Positions 28,586-38,381 of a DNA stretch of 64,000 nucleotides are shown here, one piece after another (position 1 is the first letter of the stretch; each line of letters starts with the position of its first letter). A model generated the notes under the pieces. That model ran no database searches and was not told the origin of the DNA. It worked only from the letters and a program-made list of their open reading frames with translations. Source of the stretch: Gemmatimonas sp. (GTDB lineage: Bacteria > Gemmatimonadota > Gemmatimonadetes > Gemmatimonadales > Gemmatimonadaceae). The DNA lies in NCBI GenBank assembly GCA_965279375.1, contig OZ257156.1, forward strand, positions 5,216,001-5,280,000. Direction: 5' to 3'. The translations under genes and the position numbers were made by a program.

Positions 28586-30847
28586 GTGCATCCATTTGTC
28601 GCTCGCCATCTGCGGCGGCACTTCGGGTCGGAACAACCTCCTGAGCGATTGCTGCGGGTGCTCACTTCGGTGAGCAGTCTGCTGCAAGACATCGATCGGG
28701 AGCGAGAGCTCGACGAGGCCGCGATGAGCGAGCTCTCGCGCGAGTTGCATCACCGCTACGAAGCCATGCAGCGCAGCGAGCGACGCTATCGCTTGTTGTT
28801 CGACGACAGTCCGCTCGCGATGATTGCCGTCGCGCGCGCGGACAGCTCGGTGCTGGCGTGGAATCAGGCCGCCGCCTCGCTGCTCGAACACTCGAGCGAC
28901 GAGGTGCTCAACAGGCCGTTGTCGGAACTCAACCTGTGCGGCTACGAGGACTGCGGCATCAGCGCGCTGGTGACCGCCAGCGAACCGCGGCACGATGCAT
29001 CGCACGTGGCGGAGTTGATGCTGTACACCGGCACCGGTCGCCCCATCGACGTGCAGCTCATGCTGCAAACGCGAGAGATCGATGGACAGGACGCGGTGCT
29101 CATCCACGTGCTCGACGTCACCGCCCAGCGCGCCTCCGAGCGCGCCGAACGGGAAAGCATCGCACGGTTTCGTGCGTTCTTCGAGTACGCGGGCGTGGCG
29201 ATTCACGTCCTCTCGTTCGAGGGCATCATCCTCGAGGTCAACCCGGCCTCCAAAGAGCTGCTGGGGTACGAGCCCGCCGAGCTCGTGGGACGACGTGCGA
29301 CGACACTCTCGCCGGATGAAGACGTGGAGGCGGGAGCCGCGGTCGCGCGGGAACTGCGCTCGGGCGTGCGAGAATCGGCCACCGTCGAGCGCCGATTCTT
29401 CCACAAGGACGGACATCTCGTGTGGGGACAGCTCACCGTATCGTTGATCCAGGACGACGGCGCCCCGCGTATGGTCGGCATGATTCAGGACATCTCCGAG
29501 CGCAAGCGCATGGAGGGGCAGCTCGTCAAGCAGGCCTTCCACGATGAACTGACAGGACTCGCCAATCGCGTGCTGTTCCGTGACCGCTTGCACCACGCGC
29601 TCGAGCGCCGCAGCCGACAGGAACAGCTGATCGCCGTCATCCTGCTCGACCTCGATGGCTTCAAGCGCGTGAATGACTCGCTCGGCCACGCGGTCGGCGA
29701 TGAACTCCTCAAGATCGTCGGGCGCCGCATTGCCAGCACGGTGCGCAGCGGAGAGACCGTCGCACGACTCGGCGGCGATGAATTCGCCGTCGTCGTCGAA
29801 GCAACGCCTGGCGGCGACCATCCGGAAGCGCTCGCGGAACGACTGCTCCATCTGCTGCGCCGCCCGATCGAGATCAGCGGACGCGAAGTCGTCGTGGGTG
29901 TCAGCATCGGCATCGCCACCGCGACCGCGGACGACGACGCCGAAAGCGTGCTCCGGAACGCGGACACCGCGATGTATGCCGCCAAGGCATCGGGCAAGGC
30001 GTGCGTGCGTGTCTTCGATCCGGTCATGCATCAGGACGCGATGGAGTGGCTGGAGCTCGAAGGTGACCTGCGCCTCGCGCTCGAACGCGAAGAGTTCTAT
30101 CTCGAATTTCACCCGCTTGTTCGCCTCGACAGCGGCAAGGTGCAGGGCTTCGAGGCGCTGATCCGCTGGCATCATCCCACGCGCGGTGTCGTGTCGCCGG
30201 CGGGGTTCGTCGGGATCGCCGAGGAGACTGGGCTCATCGTCCCCATCGGACGCTGGGTGCTGCAGGAAGCGTGTCGTCGTGCGATGGAGTGGAACGCACT
30301 CAGCGACGATCCACCTTCCGTCAGCGTGAACCTCGCTGCCAAGCAGCTCGACGAAGAGCGCCTCGTCGATGATGTGCGCGAAGCGCTCGCATCGAGCGGA
30401 CTCGATCCGCGCCGCCTCATCCTGGAAATCACCGAGAGCGACGTGATGCGCGAACCGGAAGTCGCGCGCGTCAAGCTGGAGTCGCTCAAGGCACTCGGCC
30501 TGCGGTTGGCGATCGACGATTTCGGTACGGGCTATTCGTCGCTCAGCTACCTGCAGTATTTCCCGGTGGACGAGCTCAAGATCGACCGTTCATTCATCAG
30601 GCGCATCGACGTTGGCGATCGCGATGCGGCGCTCGTGCGCACAATTGTCTCGCTGGCGCGCTCGCTGTCGGTGGAAGTGGTTGCCGAGGGCGTCGAGGAG
30701 GAATCGCAGGAGCGCTACCTGCGCGAGATCTCCTGCGATCTTGGCCAGGGCTACCTGTACAGCAGGCCGCTCCCGGCTGCTGATATCGCCGCGTTTCTGA
30801 GCAAGAAGCGTCCGCGCACCAACGCCGAAGTCACCGCGCTGCCGTAG
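28586..30847 (+). CDS. PAS-PAS-GGDEF-EAL c-di-GMP enzyme
   Basis: Two PAS domains; HDELTGLANR, DLDGFKRVNDSLGH, RLGGDEF; FEALIRW, LEITES, DDFGTGYSS, KIDRSF, EGVE. Confidence 0.96.
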   Translation: MHPFVARHLRRHFGSEQPPERLLRVLTSVSSLLQDIDRERELDEAAMSELSRELHHRYEAMQRSERRYRLLFDDSPLAMIAVARADSSVLAWNQAAASLLEHSSDEVLNRPLSELNLCGYEDCGISALVTASEPRHDASHVAELMLYTGTGRPIDVQLMLQTREIDGQDAVLIHVLDVTAQRASERAERESIARFRAFFEYAGVAIHVLSFEGIILEVNPASKELLGYEPAELVGRRATTLSPDEDVEAGAAVARELRSGVRESATVERRFFHKDGHLVWGQLTVSLIQDDGAPRMVGMIQDISERKRMEGQLVKQAFHDELTGLANRVLFRDRLHHALERRSRQEQLIAVILLDLDGFKRVNDSLGHAVGDELLKIVGRRIASTVRSGETVARLGGDEFAVVVEATPGGDHPEALAERLLHLLRRPIEISGREVVVGVSIGIATATADDDAESVLRNADTAMYAAKASGKACVRVFDPVMHQDAMEWLELEGDLRLALEREEFYLEFHPLVRLDSGKVQGFEALIRWHHPTRGVVSPAGFVGIAEETGLIVPIGRWVLQEACRRAMEWNALSDDPPSVSVNLAAKQLDEERLVDDVREALASSGLDPRRLILEITESDVMREPEVARVKLESLKALGLRLAIDDFGTGYSSLSYLQYFPVDELKIDRSFIRRIDVGDRDAALVRTIVSLARSLSVEVVAEGVEEESQERYLREISCDLGQGYLYSRPLPAADIAAFLSKKRPRTNAEVTALP

Positions 30848-30864
30848 ACCGCTCGTAGACCTGC

Positions 30865-33564
30865 TCAGCGACGCTTTCGGTGCCCACCACCGTGACCGCG
30901 TCCGCCCTTGCCGCCGTGGCCACCCGGACCGCCACGCTTCCCGTGGCGCCCGAACTCACCGCGAACCTCGCGCACGGTGCGCTCACGTTGACGGTCGTCC
31001 TGCTCCTCGCGCGAACGCCGCTGTAGCTGCGCCTGTTCGTCGTCGGTGAATGGCAGGTCCAGCTTCTCCTGCAATGTGAGCAGGTCGTCGGCCCGCACCG
31101 AGCCACGCTGTCCGCGGGGGACGACGAAACGGACCGGACGATCGAGCACCGGCAGCTCTTCCGGGGCGAGTGTACGCGCCAGCTTCTCGGGTACCTTGAG
31201 CCGAACCACACCGAGCAGCCCTGCTGGCGTGTCTTCAACGTCGTAGTCCATCGCGACCGTGCGATCGCGAATCTCCACCGCGCCCGGGAGCGCGCGTGCT
31301 TCGGCTAACTGCGCGTCGCTGATGAACAACCGACGGTCGAGTACGAGGGGCAGCGAACGAATCGTCTCCCAATCGCGTGCCTCACCCATCGCCTGCTCGT
31401 ACCACGCGGTGAGCTCCGCTTGTCCGAGTCGCGGCGTGGTACCTCGCAGTCGCCGATAGACGTCGCGAATCTCCTCGACGTTCTGCTGATTGCGCCGCAC
31501 GCCGGAATGTCGGAGTTCACCGCGCGCCGCCGCTTCGGCCAACAGATGGCGCGCACCGGCCGCGAACTCCATCGGGAATTCGCCCAGTGCCTCACTCTCG
31601 CGAGAGAGCTCGAAGCCGAAATAGGTCACCTTGCGACGCAACAGGACCGGCGCGTGCTTGCGATCGACATCCAGCGCGAGTTCCGGCGCGTGGCGCACGG
31701 CGTGCTGCTTGATGAGATCGATCGGCAGCTGCGTGCCCTCGATCGATGCGCGTGGCACGCCGAATCGGTCAGCGAAGTAGCGCAGCGAGCCGGCCACGGC
31801 GCCCCAGCTGCCGCAGACGCTCGTCTTGGAGACGCGTGCTTCCTGCCCGTCCGCGGTCTGCTCTTCGATGACGAGATCGAACGGCATGAAGCGCGCGACG
31901 AGATCGGCGAACTCGCGCAGCGTCTTCTCGCGCGCGATCGGCATCGACTCGGGGAGCGGCAGACCGACGCTCCGATACACGCTGGCCATCGCCAGCGCTG
32001 CATCTTCGAGCGCCTTCACCAGCACACCGCGACGCTCAGCCCAGAGCGCCACGCGCTCCGGGTCGAACAGATGGCGCGACAGCCCGTACACGTCGCCGAT
32101 GTAGCCGGCCGCCGTGAACCCTTCCGCGTACAAGTTGTACGCGGTGAGGTGATCACTGCCACGCAACACCAGCCCTTCGAGATCGCGGTTCTCGCGCGTC
32201 ATCCGATGCAGCGATTCCACGCCACTCATCACGGCCAGTACGGGAAGCAGCGCATCGTCGGCATTCACGATCAGCTCGCCCCACGCGCGATCCACCGGCA
32301 GCGCTTCCACCGCACGACCGTACTTCGTGAGGCGGCCATCCTCGATGAGGCCGCGACTCTCGAGATGCGTCACGGCCTTGACGTACGCGCCACGATCCAG
32401 CGGCACCGGCAAATCCAGGTCGTCAGCGCGCACGCCGAGGTCCGCACACGTCAGCGCCACGCGCTGCGAGTCGCCAGCCAACTGGAACTCAGGCGCGGTC
32501 GGACGCAGCGCTTCGAAGCGGATATCGCGGTCGCTCAGGATGTACACGCGGCCCTGCTCAACTCGGCCGTGCACGCGTCCCGCCATCTGCAGAATTTCGT
32601 TCGCACCCAAATGCACGCGCGTCAGCACATTGCGACCGCGATCGATGACGTTCGTGAATCGCGTATCGTCGATGATGACCGTGTCGAGCCCCGGCACGTT
32701 CAGGGCGCTCTGTCCCGCCGCCGTCATCGCCAGAAAGAACGGCTTGGGGATCGTGCCTTCGAGAAACGGCCGGATCACGCGAATCGGTTCGCCGCCGTGA
32801 TAGTGCGCGGCCGAGATGCGCGGATAGCGGTGCCGCACCCATTCTGCCGCTTCCTCGACGCCAGCACGCGTGGGCAGGAAGATCGCCACACCGCGCTCGG
32901 AGCGGGCCAACTTGCCCAAAAACTTCTCGTCGAGAAACGCGAGTGGTTGCTTGCGCTCCACTTCCACCTTCGCCGCCTTCTTGGGATCGAACGCGGACAC
33001 CTGCAGCACATCGGCGCTGTTCAGATAGCGCGAGTAGAAGGCCGGATCGACCGTCGCCGAGAGCCAGATGAACCGACAGCCGGTACGCTTGCCAAGCGCG
33101 AGACACAGCTCGAGCTCCGCACTCGTCTGATGGATCTCGTCCACCACCAACGTGTCCATCGAGGTGATGTCGCCGTCCTGAAACCAGCGACGCGCGATAC
33201 CGGTGGTGACGATCACGACGTTCCACGACGGCAGCTCCGGCGGCGCCTCTCGCTCGCGATTCACCACGCCGACTTTGAGCGTGGTTGTGTTGAGAATCGT
33301 TTCGGCGATGGGCCGAATCGCGAGCGTCTTTCCCGTCCCGGTCCCGGCCACGATGCCGAAACCGTGGCCGCTCGACGCCAGCGCGCGCAACTCCGCGCCT
33401 TTGGTGCGTTCGAGAAAGGTGTCGAGATGCAGCCCGACGGCCAGTTCGATCGTCTCGCACGCCGCGCGTGTCGGCGCGATGACGATGACGCGGCCTGTGG
33501 ACGGTTTGGCCGCGACGAAGGCGTCGCGGTCCTGCGGGAGATAGCGATCTTGAGGTGTGCGCAC
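30865..33564 (-). CDS. SF2 DEAH/RHA-like helicase (HrpA/B-related, atypical)
   Basis: AGTGTGKT, VTTG, DEIH, LSAT, FLPTR, QMAGRVHGR; LTKYGRAVEALP (winged-helix/HA2 junction); GSDHLTAYN; basic Gly-rich tail. GTG start estimated. Confidence 0.85.
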   Translation of the reverse strand: MRTPQDRYLPQDRDAFVAAKPSTGRVIVIAPTRAACETIELAVGLHLDTFLERTKGAELRALASSGHGFGIVAGTGTGKTLAIRPIAETILNTTTLKVGVVNREREAPPELPSWNVVIVTTGIARRWFQDGDITSMDTLVVDEIHQTSAELELCLALGKRTGCRFIWLSATVDPAFYSRYLNSADVLQVSAFDPKKAAKVEVERKQPLAFLDEKFLGKLARSERGVAIFLPTRAGVEEAAEWVRHRYPRISAAHYHGGEPIRVIRPFLEGTIPKPFFLAMTAAGQSALNVPGLDTVIIDDTRFTNVIDRGRNVLTRVHLGANEILQMAGRVHGRVEQGRVYILSDRDIRFEALRPTAPEFQLAGDSQRVALTCADLGVRADDLDLPVPLDRGAYVKAVTHLESRGLIEDGRLTKYGRAVEALPVDRAWGELIVNADDALLPVLAVMSGVESLHRMTRENRDLEGLVLRGSDHLTAYNLYAEGFTAAGYIGDVYGLSRHLFDPERVALWAERRGVLVKALEDAALAMASVYRSVGLPLPESMPIAREKTLREFADLVARFMPFDLVIEEQTADGQEARVSKTSVCGSWGAVAGSLRYFADRFGVPRASIEGTQLPIDLIKQHAVRHAPELALDVDRKHAPVLLRRKVTYFGFELSRESEALGEFPMEFAAGARHLLAEAAARGELRHSGVRRNQQNVEEIRDVYRRLRGTTPRLGQAELTAWYEQAMGEARDWETIRSLPLVLDRRLFISDAQLAEARALPGAVEIRDRTVAMDYDVEDTPAGLLGVVRLKVPEKLARTLAPEELPVLDRPVRFVVPRGQRGSVRADDLLTLQEKLDLPFTDDEQAQLQRRSREEQDDRQRERTVREVRGEFGRHGKRGGPGGHGGKGGRGHGGGHRKRR

Positions 33565-33649
33565 GCTGCAACTTACTCCGGGTATACAATCCGGGCGAAC
33601 GGCCGCATCTTTGGGGCGTTCTCCACCACGCACTTACCGGGATGCCTGC

Positions 33650-33949
33650 ATGCTATTTGCCAACGACTCGAGCGCGCGCGCCGAATGGGTGCAGGTGGCG
33701 TCGTATTCCACCGGACTCGAAGCCGACATCGCACGAAGCGCGCTCGAGCTTGCTGACATTCCGGTCCTGGTGCGTAGCGACTCGCCCGGCATCTTTGGCT
33801 TGGCGTTTCAGGGAGTCGTCGCCGGCGGCGTACGACTGCACGTTCCCTCACCCGAAGTCGAGCGCGCGCAGGCGGTGCTGGCCGAGTTCAAGGCGCGCCA
33901 TCTGTCGCTCGTGGACGATGACGAGGATGTCGATGCCCGCAGCGCGTGA
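33650..33949 (+). CDS. DUF2007-like small protein
   Basis: WVQVASYSTGLEADIARSALELADIP...GVRLHVPSPEVERAQAVL. Confidence 0.8.
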   Translation: MLFANDSSARAEWVQVASYSTGLEADIARSALELADIPVLVRSDSPGIFGLAFQGVVAGGVRLHVPSPEVERAQAVLAEFKARHLSLVDDDEDVDARSA

Positions 33950-34292
33950 CGACTACATCCTCCGACTGATCCAGCAAGCCGCCGCTGCACTGCGGCGCTT
34001 TCGGGAGCGGCTCGGCTCCGGTGACTCCATCGGCGACGTCAACACCGATGTCGCATCCGCGATCGGCACGCTACTCGGCCCACAGCGCATGATGCTCGAA
34101 CGACTCGATGGCTGGTCGGCCGCGAATCTGCTCGGCGATCCGGAGCGCGTGTTTCTGTGGGCCGAGATGGTGCGGCTGCAGTCGGATCTGGAGCGCGCCG
34201 CCGGTCGCGACGCACAGGCCGATACGCTGGCGGCTCGAGCCGCAGAGTTGGCCAAGCATGGCACACCACTTCGACGCACCAACGATGACTGA
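33933..34292 (+). CDS. Hypothetical helical protein
   Basis: GAGG RBS; RDDYILRLIQQ N-terminus; overlaps both neighbours in an operon-like way. Confidence 0.72.
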   Translation: MPAARDDYILRLIQQAAAALRRFRERLGSGDSIGDVNTDVASAIGTLLGPQRMMLERLDGWSAANLLGDPERVFLWAEMVRLQSDLERAAGRDAQADTLAARAAELAKHGTPLRRTNDD

Positions 34293-34860
34293 AGACGCAG
34301 TGCGCTGCCCATGGCCCTCCAAACCGCTCGATGTCGCGTACCACGACGCCGAATGGGGGGTACCGGTGCACGATGACCGCGTTCGCTTCGAGTTTCTTAC
34401 GCTCGAAGGCGCGCAGGCAGGACTGAGCTGGTCCACCGTGCTGGCCAAGCGCGAAAACTATCGCCGCGCCTTTCTCGACTGGGACGTGGCAGCCATCGCG
34501 CGCTTTACCGACAAGGACATCGACCGACTCATGCTCGATGCCGGCCTCATTCGACATCGCGGCAAACTCGCGAGCACGGTCTCGAATGCGCAGGCGTTCC
34601 TGCGCGTGCAACAGGAGTTTGGCTCGTTCGATGCGTATGTGTGGCCATTCGTGGGCGGCACGCCGCGCCAGAACGCCTTCCGGCAGATGCGTGACGTGCC
34701 GGCGCGTACCCCGGAATCCGATGCATTGAGCAAGGATCTGCTCAAGCGCGGATTCAAGTTCGTCGGCTCAACCATCTGTTACGCGTACATGCAGGCCACC
34801 GGCATGGTGAACGACCACCTCATTGCCTGCTATCGGTACGGAGCGGTCAGCACGCGCTGA
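34285..34860 (+). CDS. tag: DNA-3-methyladenine glycosylase I
   Basis: RCPW, YHDAEWGVP, LEGAQAGLSW, GFKFVG, GMVNDHLIAC. Confidence 0.96.
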   Translation: MTEDAVRCPWPSKPLDVAYHDAEWGVPVHDDRVRFEFLTLEGAQAGLSWSTVLAKRENYRRAFLDWDVAAIARFTDKDIDRLMLDAGLIRHRGKLASTVSNAQAFLRVQQEFGSFDAYVWPFVGGTPRQNAFRQMRDVPARTPESDALSKDLLKRGFKFVGSTICYAYMQATGMVNDHLIACYRYGAVSTR

Positions 34861-34882
34861 CCGCTCCATCCGACCCGCCAAA

Positions 34883-36973
34883 TCAGAACGCGGCCAGCAA
34901 CGCCTCGGCGTCGGAATCTTCGCGCGCCGACGACTGCTCGGTTGCACGAACCCTCGGCTGCGATGCGCGTGTCTGCTGCTTCTTTGGTACAGCTTTCGAC
35001 GCGGCGGACGCGCGATGCGGCCTGTGCGTTTGGGTCTGCCCGCCGATCTCGAACGTCTCGACCATGCTGGTCAGAGTGAGTGCCTGACCGGCCAGCTCTT
35101 CCGATGCACTTGCCGACTCCTCGGCGTTCGCTGCCACTTGCTGCGTGACTGAATTGAGCTGTTCGACCGCCGCGTTGATCTGCTGCACGCCGTCGGTCAG
35201 CTGCTCACCCGCGGTGGCGATGGACGCGATCACTTCTCGCACCTTGTGCACTTCGCCATCGATTTCGCCGAGCCGGGTGACTACCTCGGCGTTGAGCACC
35301 ACTCCGCGTGCCACAACTAGCCCGCTCTCATCGATCAGTGTCGAGGTGGTGCGCGCCGCATCGGCGCTGCGAATCGCAAGCTGCCGGACTTCGTCGGCCA
35401 CCACAGCGAACCCACGGCCGGCGTCACCAGCACGCGCCGCTTCAACCGCGGCATTGAGCGCGAGCAGGTTGGTCTGGAAGGCGATCTCGTCGATCGTCTT
35501 CACGATCCGCGCCGTCTGATCGCTGGAGGACTTGATCTGATCCATGGCCGCCGACAGCTGCTCCATGCTCGTCCGTCCCAGCGCCACGCGTTCGCGCGCG
35601 CTATCCGCCATCTCGCGCGCCTGCCGCGCATCGCGCGCGGTCTGCTGCGTGGACGCGGTCATCTCGTTCAAGCTCGACGAAACCTCTTCCAGTGATGACG
35701 CCTGCTCCGAGGAGCCCTGCGCCAGCGACTGACTGCCCGACGCGATCTGCTGACCCGCCGAAGACACCTGCTCCGCTCCAACCCGCACCTGCGCCATCGC
35801 ATCTTCGAGCGTTTCGGCGGCCGTATTGATGGAATCCTTCATGCGCGCGAAGTCACCAGCGTATTGCCCCATCACGCGCGCCGTCAGGTCGCGCTCAGCG
35901 ACGCGTGCCATCACCGCCGAGGCTTCGTTGATCGGCGTCACCACCGCGTCGAGCGTGTCGTTGATTCCCTTGACCAGTTCCCGATACGAACCTTGGAACT
36001 GCGACGCATTGCCCCGCGTCGAGAGCTGGCCCGCCGTCGCGGCCGAGACGAGCGTCGTCGTCTCCGTCACCAGCAGCTGCATCGTCGCACGCAGCGTCAC
36101 GAAGGCCTGTCCCAGTGCGTCGCGCTCACCGCGTGCCGCGACGGCAACGGTCACGTCGCCCGCACCCATCGCCGTCGCGACGGCCGCGAGCAGCTTCTGT
36201 GATTCCACCATGCGCTGCATCGCAACCGCGAGCTGCCCCAGTTCATCCGTGCTGGCGATGGCAATTGTCTGTTGCACGTCTCCAAGCGCGATCGCATCAG
36301 CCACGTGCCTGAGCTCCGTGACCGATCGCACGATCGGTCGCGTGATCCCGACCGCCGCCACGATCGCCAGCGCGAGCGCAAACACGACGAGGCCCGCGAG
36401 AATGGCTAAGCTGCGCGAGTAGTTCGAATCGGCTTCCGCGACTGCAGCGCTCATCATCGCCAGCTTGTCGGCGGAGAGCTCATCGAAGCCGACGTCGATC
36501 GAATCTGCCTGTGCGCGAATGCTTGCCAGCCGACCACGCGCACCCACGTCATCTCCGGCACGCGCCAGCGCGACGACCGCATCCTGCTCCGGCCGCAGCC
36601 GCCTAACGGATGCCAGTACCGCCGCCGCCGACGCCTTGGTCGCCGGCTTTACGATTTGCGACTGAAAGTTCGCGTATGCCGCGTTGAACGCAGAGTCGTA
36701 CGCGACGATGTCCGCCGTGCGCTTGTCCACCGCCTCGGCGTTCTCGTCGAGAATCGCGTTGCGAACGGCGCGCGATATCTGGACGAACTGCACGTTGGCT
36801 TCCTTGAGCTGCAACGCAGGTAACGCGTGCTTCGTGTTCAGATCGACGAGAAGGCCATTGATCTTTCGTGCGGTGACAATGCCCTCAGCACCCACCACAG
36901 CCAGCAACATCGCGATTGTGCCGAAGCCGAATGCCAGCTTACGACCAATCGACAGATTTGAGAACCAACGCAT
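34883..36973 (-). CDS. Methyl-accepting chemotaxis protein (periplasmic four-helix sensor, multiple HAMP domains)
   Basis: AGGAGA RBS; two TM segments; [47 protein letters not shown]. Confidence 0.96.
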   Translation of the reverse strand: MRWFSNLSIGRKLAFGFGTIAMLLAVVGAEGIVTARKINGLLVDLNTKHALPALQLKEANVQFVQISRAVRNAILDENAEAVDKRTADIVAYDSAFNAAYANFQSQIVKPATKASAAAVLASVRRLRPEQDAVVALARAGDDVGARGRLASIRAQADSIDVGFDELSADKLAMMSAAVAEADSNYSRSLAILAGLVVFALALAIVAAVGITRPIVRSVTELRHVADAIALGDVQQTIAIASTDELGQLAVAMQRMVESQKLLAAVATAMGAGDVTVAVAARGERDALGQAFVTLRATMQLLVTETTTLVSAATAGQLSTRGNASQFQGSYRELVKGINDTLDAVVTPINEASAVMARVAERDLTARVMGQYAGDFARMKDSINTAAETLEDAMAQVRVGAEQVSSAGQQIASGSQSLAQGSSEQASSLEEVSSSLNEMTASTQQTARDARQAREMADSARERVALGRTSMEQLSAAMDQIKSSSDQTARIVKTIDEIAFQTNLLALNAAVEAARAGDAGRGFAVVADEVRQLAIRSADAARTTSTLIDESGLVVARGVVLNAEVVTRLGEIDGEVHKVREVIASIATAGEQLTDGVQQINAAVEQLNSVTQQVAANAEESASASEELAGQALTLTSMVETFEIGGQTQTHRPHRASAASKAVPKKQQTRASQPRVRATEQSSAREDSDAEALLAAF

Positions 36974-37146
36974 GCCGTCTCCTGTGGCACAGCACCCCCA
37001 GGCGGCCTTCATGCATGCGTTGTCGCACGGCTATGCGCGGTCGTCATCGTCCGCGAGCTCTATGCCTCGGGGGGCTGTTGATGGGCTGACAGTGTCGGCC
37101 GTCGTCCAGCATTAGTTCACGGCATTTCCCCTACTTCGTGCGAATG

Positions 37147-38127
37147 CTACCGCTGCAGCAGCTTCACTCGCTGGCCACCGCGGAAAATCTCCACGCGATC
37201 GGCCAGTCCGTCCTTGTTGACGTCGGTCCACACCTGGAGAAGCTCTCCGGCCTGATCGAGGAAGATGGCGCGCCACGGCGTACCGCCACGTCCCTGATCG
37301 GGAACACGGAGCTGGAACTCGTTGGTACCGAGCCACGTCATCACTTCGCTGCTGGGGCGCCCCTGGATGACGTCCAGCGCGGACGTCATGCGCGGCAACA
37401 CCTGCGGGTAGGCCTGCGAGGCAAACGCCGGCAGATCGTCACAGCGTCCGTCCTTGTCCTTGTCGAGACACGTCGGCGTCCCGAAGCGCAGATCGTCGCA
37501 CCAGCCATCCCCATCGCGATCGAGGCATACCGTGGACCCCTGCCCCGGTGGTCGCACGTTGGGGTTGTTGTTGAAGTAGCGCGGGTCGTTGATCGCGCCG
37601 GTACCCACGATGGTGCCGTTCGGGCTGACGTACCCGCTGTATGACCCCATGGCCCCAGACTGTGACGGCGGCATGACCGGATACGACGAAGCCGGCGAAA
37701 TCGCCGGCCTGTCTCCGAACAGCTGCTCGTCCGTCACCTTCTTGCTTTCGAAGTTGTCTCGCGCGTAGCGCGGGTCAACCTGCGGCGGATCTGGTGGAAC
37801 GAGCGGCGGAAGCTTTTTCTCGTTCGGTCGGGCGAACCCCTTGATCACCGGATCCGGCAGACGGCTTCGGGAGCCCTTCACTTCCTCACCGTAGATCACC
37901 CGCCCGTTCGCTGACTTGTTGCGTACCGCGGTCGCGCAGTCGGTCGGCGCGGGCTGCTGCTGCGCCGGCACGCCATCCACCCACACGCGGCACATTCCGG
38001 CCGGCGGACGATACGCCGCAGGAATTGAATCAGCCTTGGTCGGACGAGGCTGCGCGTGCGCCACGGAGGCGGACGCGAGACCAATCGCGAGCGAGACGTT
38101 CAGGGCAAGCAGGACTCGACGGGACAT
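37147..38127 (-). CDS. Secreted hypothetical protein with Cys/Asp Ca-binding-like repeats
   Basis: GGAGGA RBS; signal peptide VAHA-Q; PPAGMCRVW; CLDRDGDGWCDD, CLDKDKDGRCDD, DVNKDG. Confidence 0.8.
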   Translation of the reverse strand: MSRRVLLALNVSLAIGLASASVAHAQPRPTKADSIPAAYRPPAGMCRVWVDGVPAQQQPAPTDCATAVRNKSANGRVIYGEEVKGSRSRLPDPVIKGFARPNEKKLPPLVPPDPPQVDPRYARDNFESKKVTDEQLFGDRPAISPASSYPVMPPSQSGAMGSYSGYVSPNGTIVGTGAINDPRYFNNNPNVRPPGQGSTVCLDRDGDGWCDDLRFGTPTCLDKDKDGRCDDLPAFASQAYPQVLPRMTSALDVIQGRPSSEVMTWLGTNEFQLRVPDQGRGGTPWRAIFLDQAGELLQVWTDVNKDGLADRVEIFRGGQRVKLLQR

Positions 38128-38197
38128 CACTTCCTCCAGCGGGAACTCACACCGCGTGCCACGAGCGTGACAACGGCTTTCCGACATCCCCTGAGAG

Positions 38198-38214
38198 AGC
38201 AGGGTCTGTGCCAA
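38198..38214 (-). promoter_or_regulatory. Sigma-54 (-24/-12) promoter
   Basis: Minus strand TTGGCACAGACCCTGCT is close to the TGGCAC-N5-TTGC consensus, about 70 bp upstream of the start. Confidence 0.7.
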
Positions 38215-38306
38215 TCAAGACGGTTCAGAGCGCGTGACGGCACGCTGCGCCATAAGTATCGGCAGGACATGGGGCTGCGAACAGGGGGGGAGCTCCCGTA
38301 CTCCGG

Positions 38307-38333
38307 GTCGGGCGCCGAGTTCCGACGCCCGAC
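38307..38333 (-). terminator. Hairpin downstream of pfkA
   Basis: Minus strand gtcgggcgtcg-gaact-cggcgcccgac, 11-bp stem with one G-U; no U-tract. Confidence 0.4.
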
Positions 38334-38381
38334 GTCTCACGCGACAGACAGTACACGTCCCTGTGTAGAGACGCCGCGTCG

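Noticed and set aside
37052..37068. GG-N10-GC upstream of the MCP gene
   Set aside because: The -12 reads TCGC rather than TTGC, and such matches are common at this GC content.
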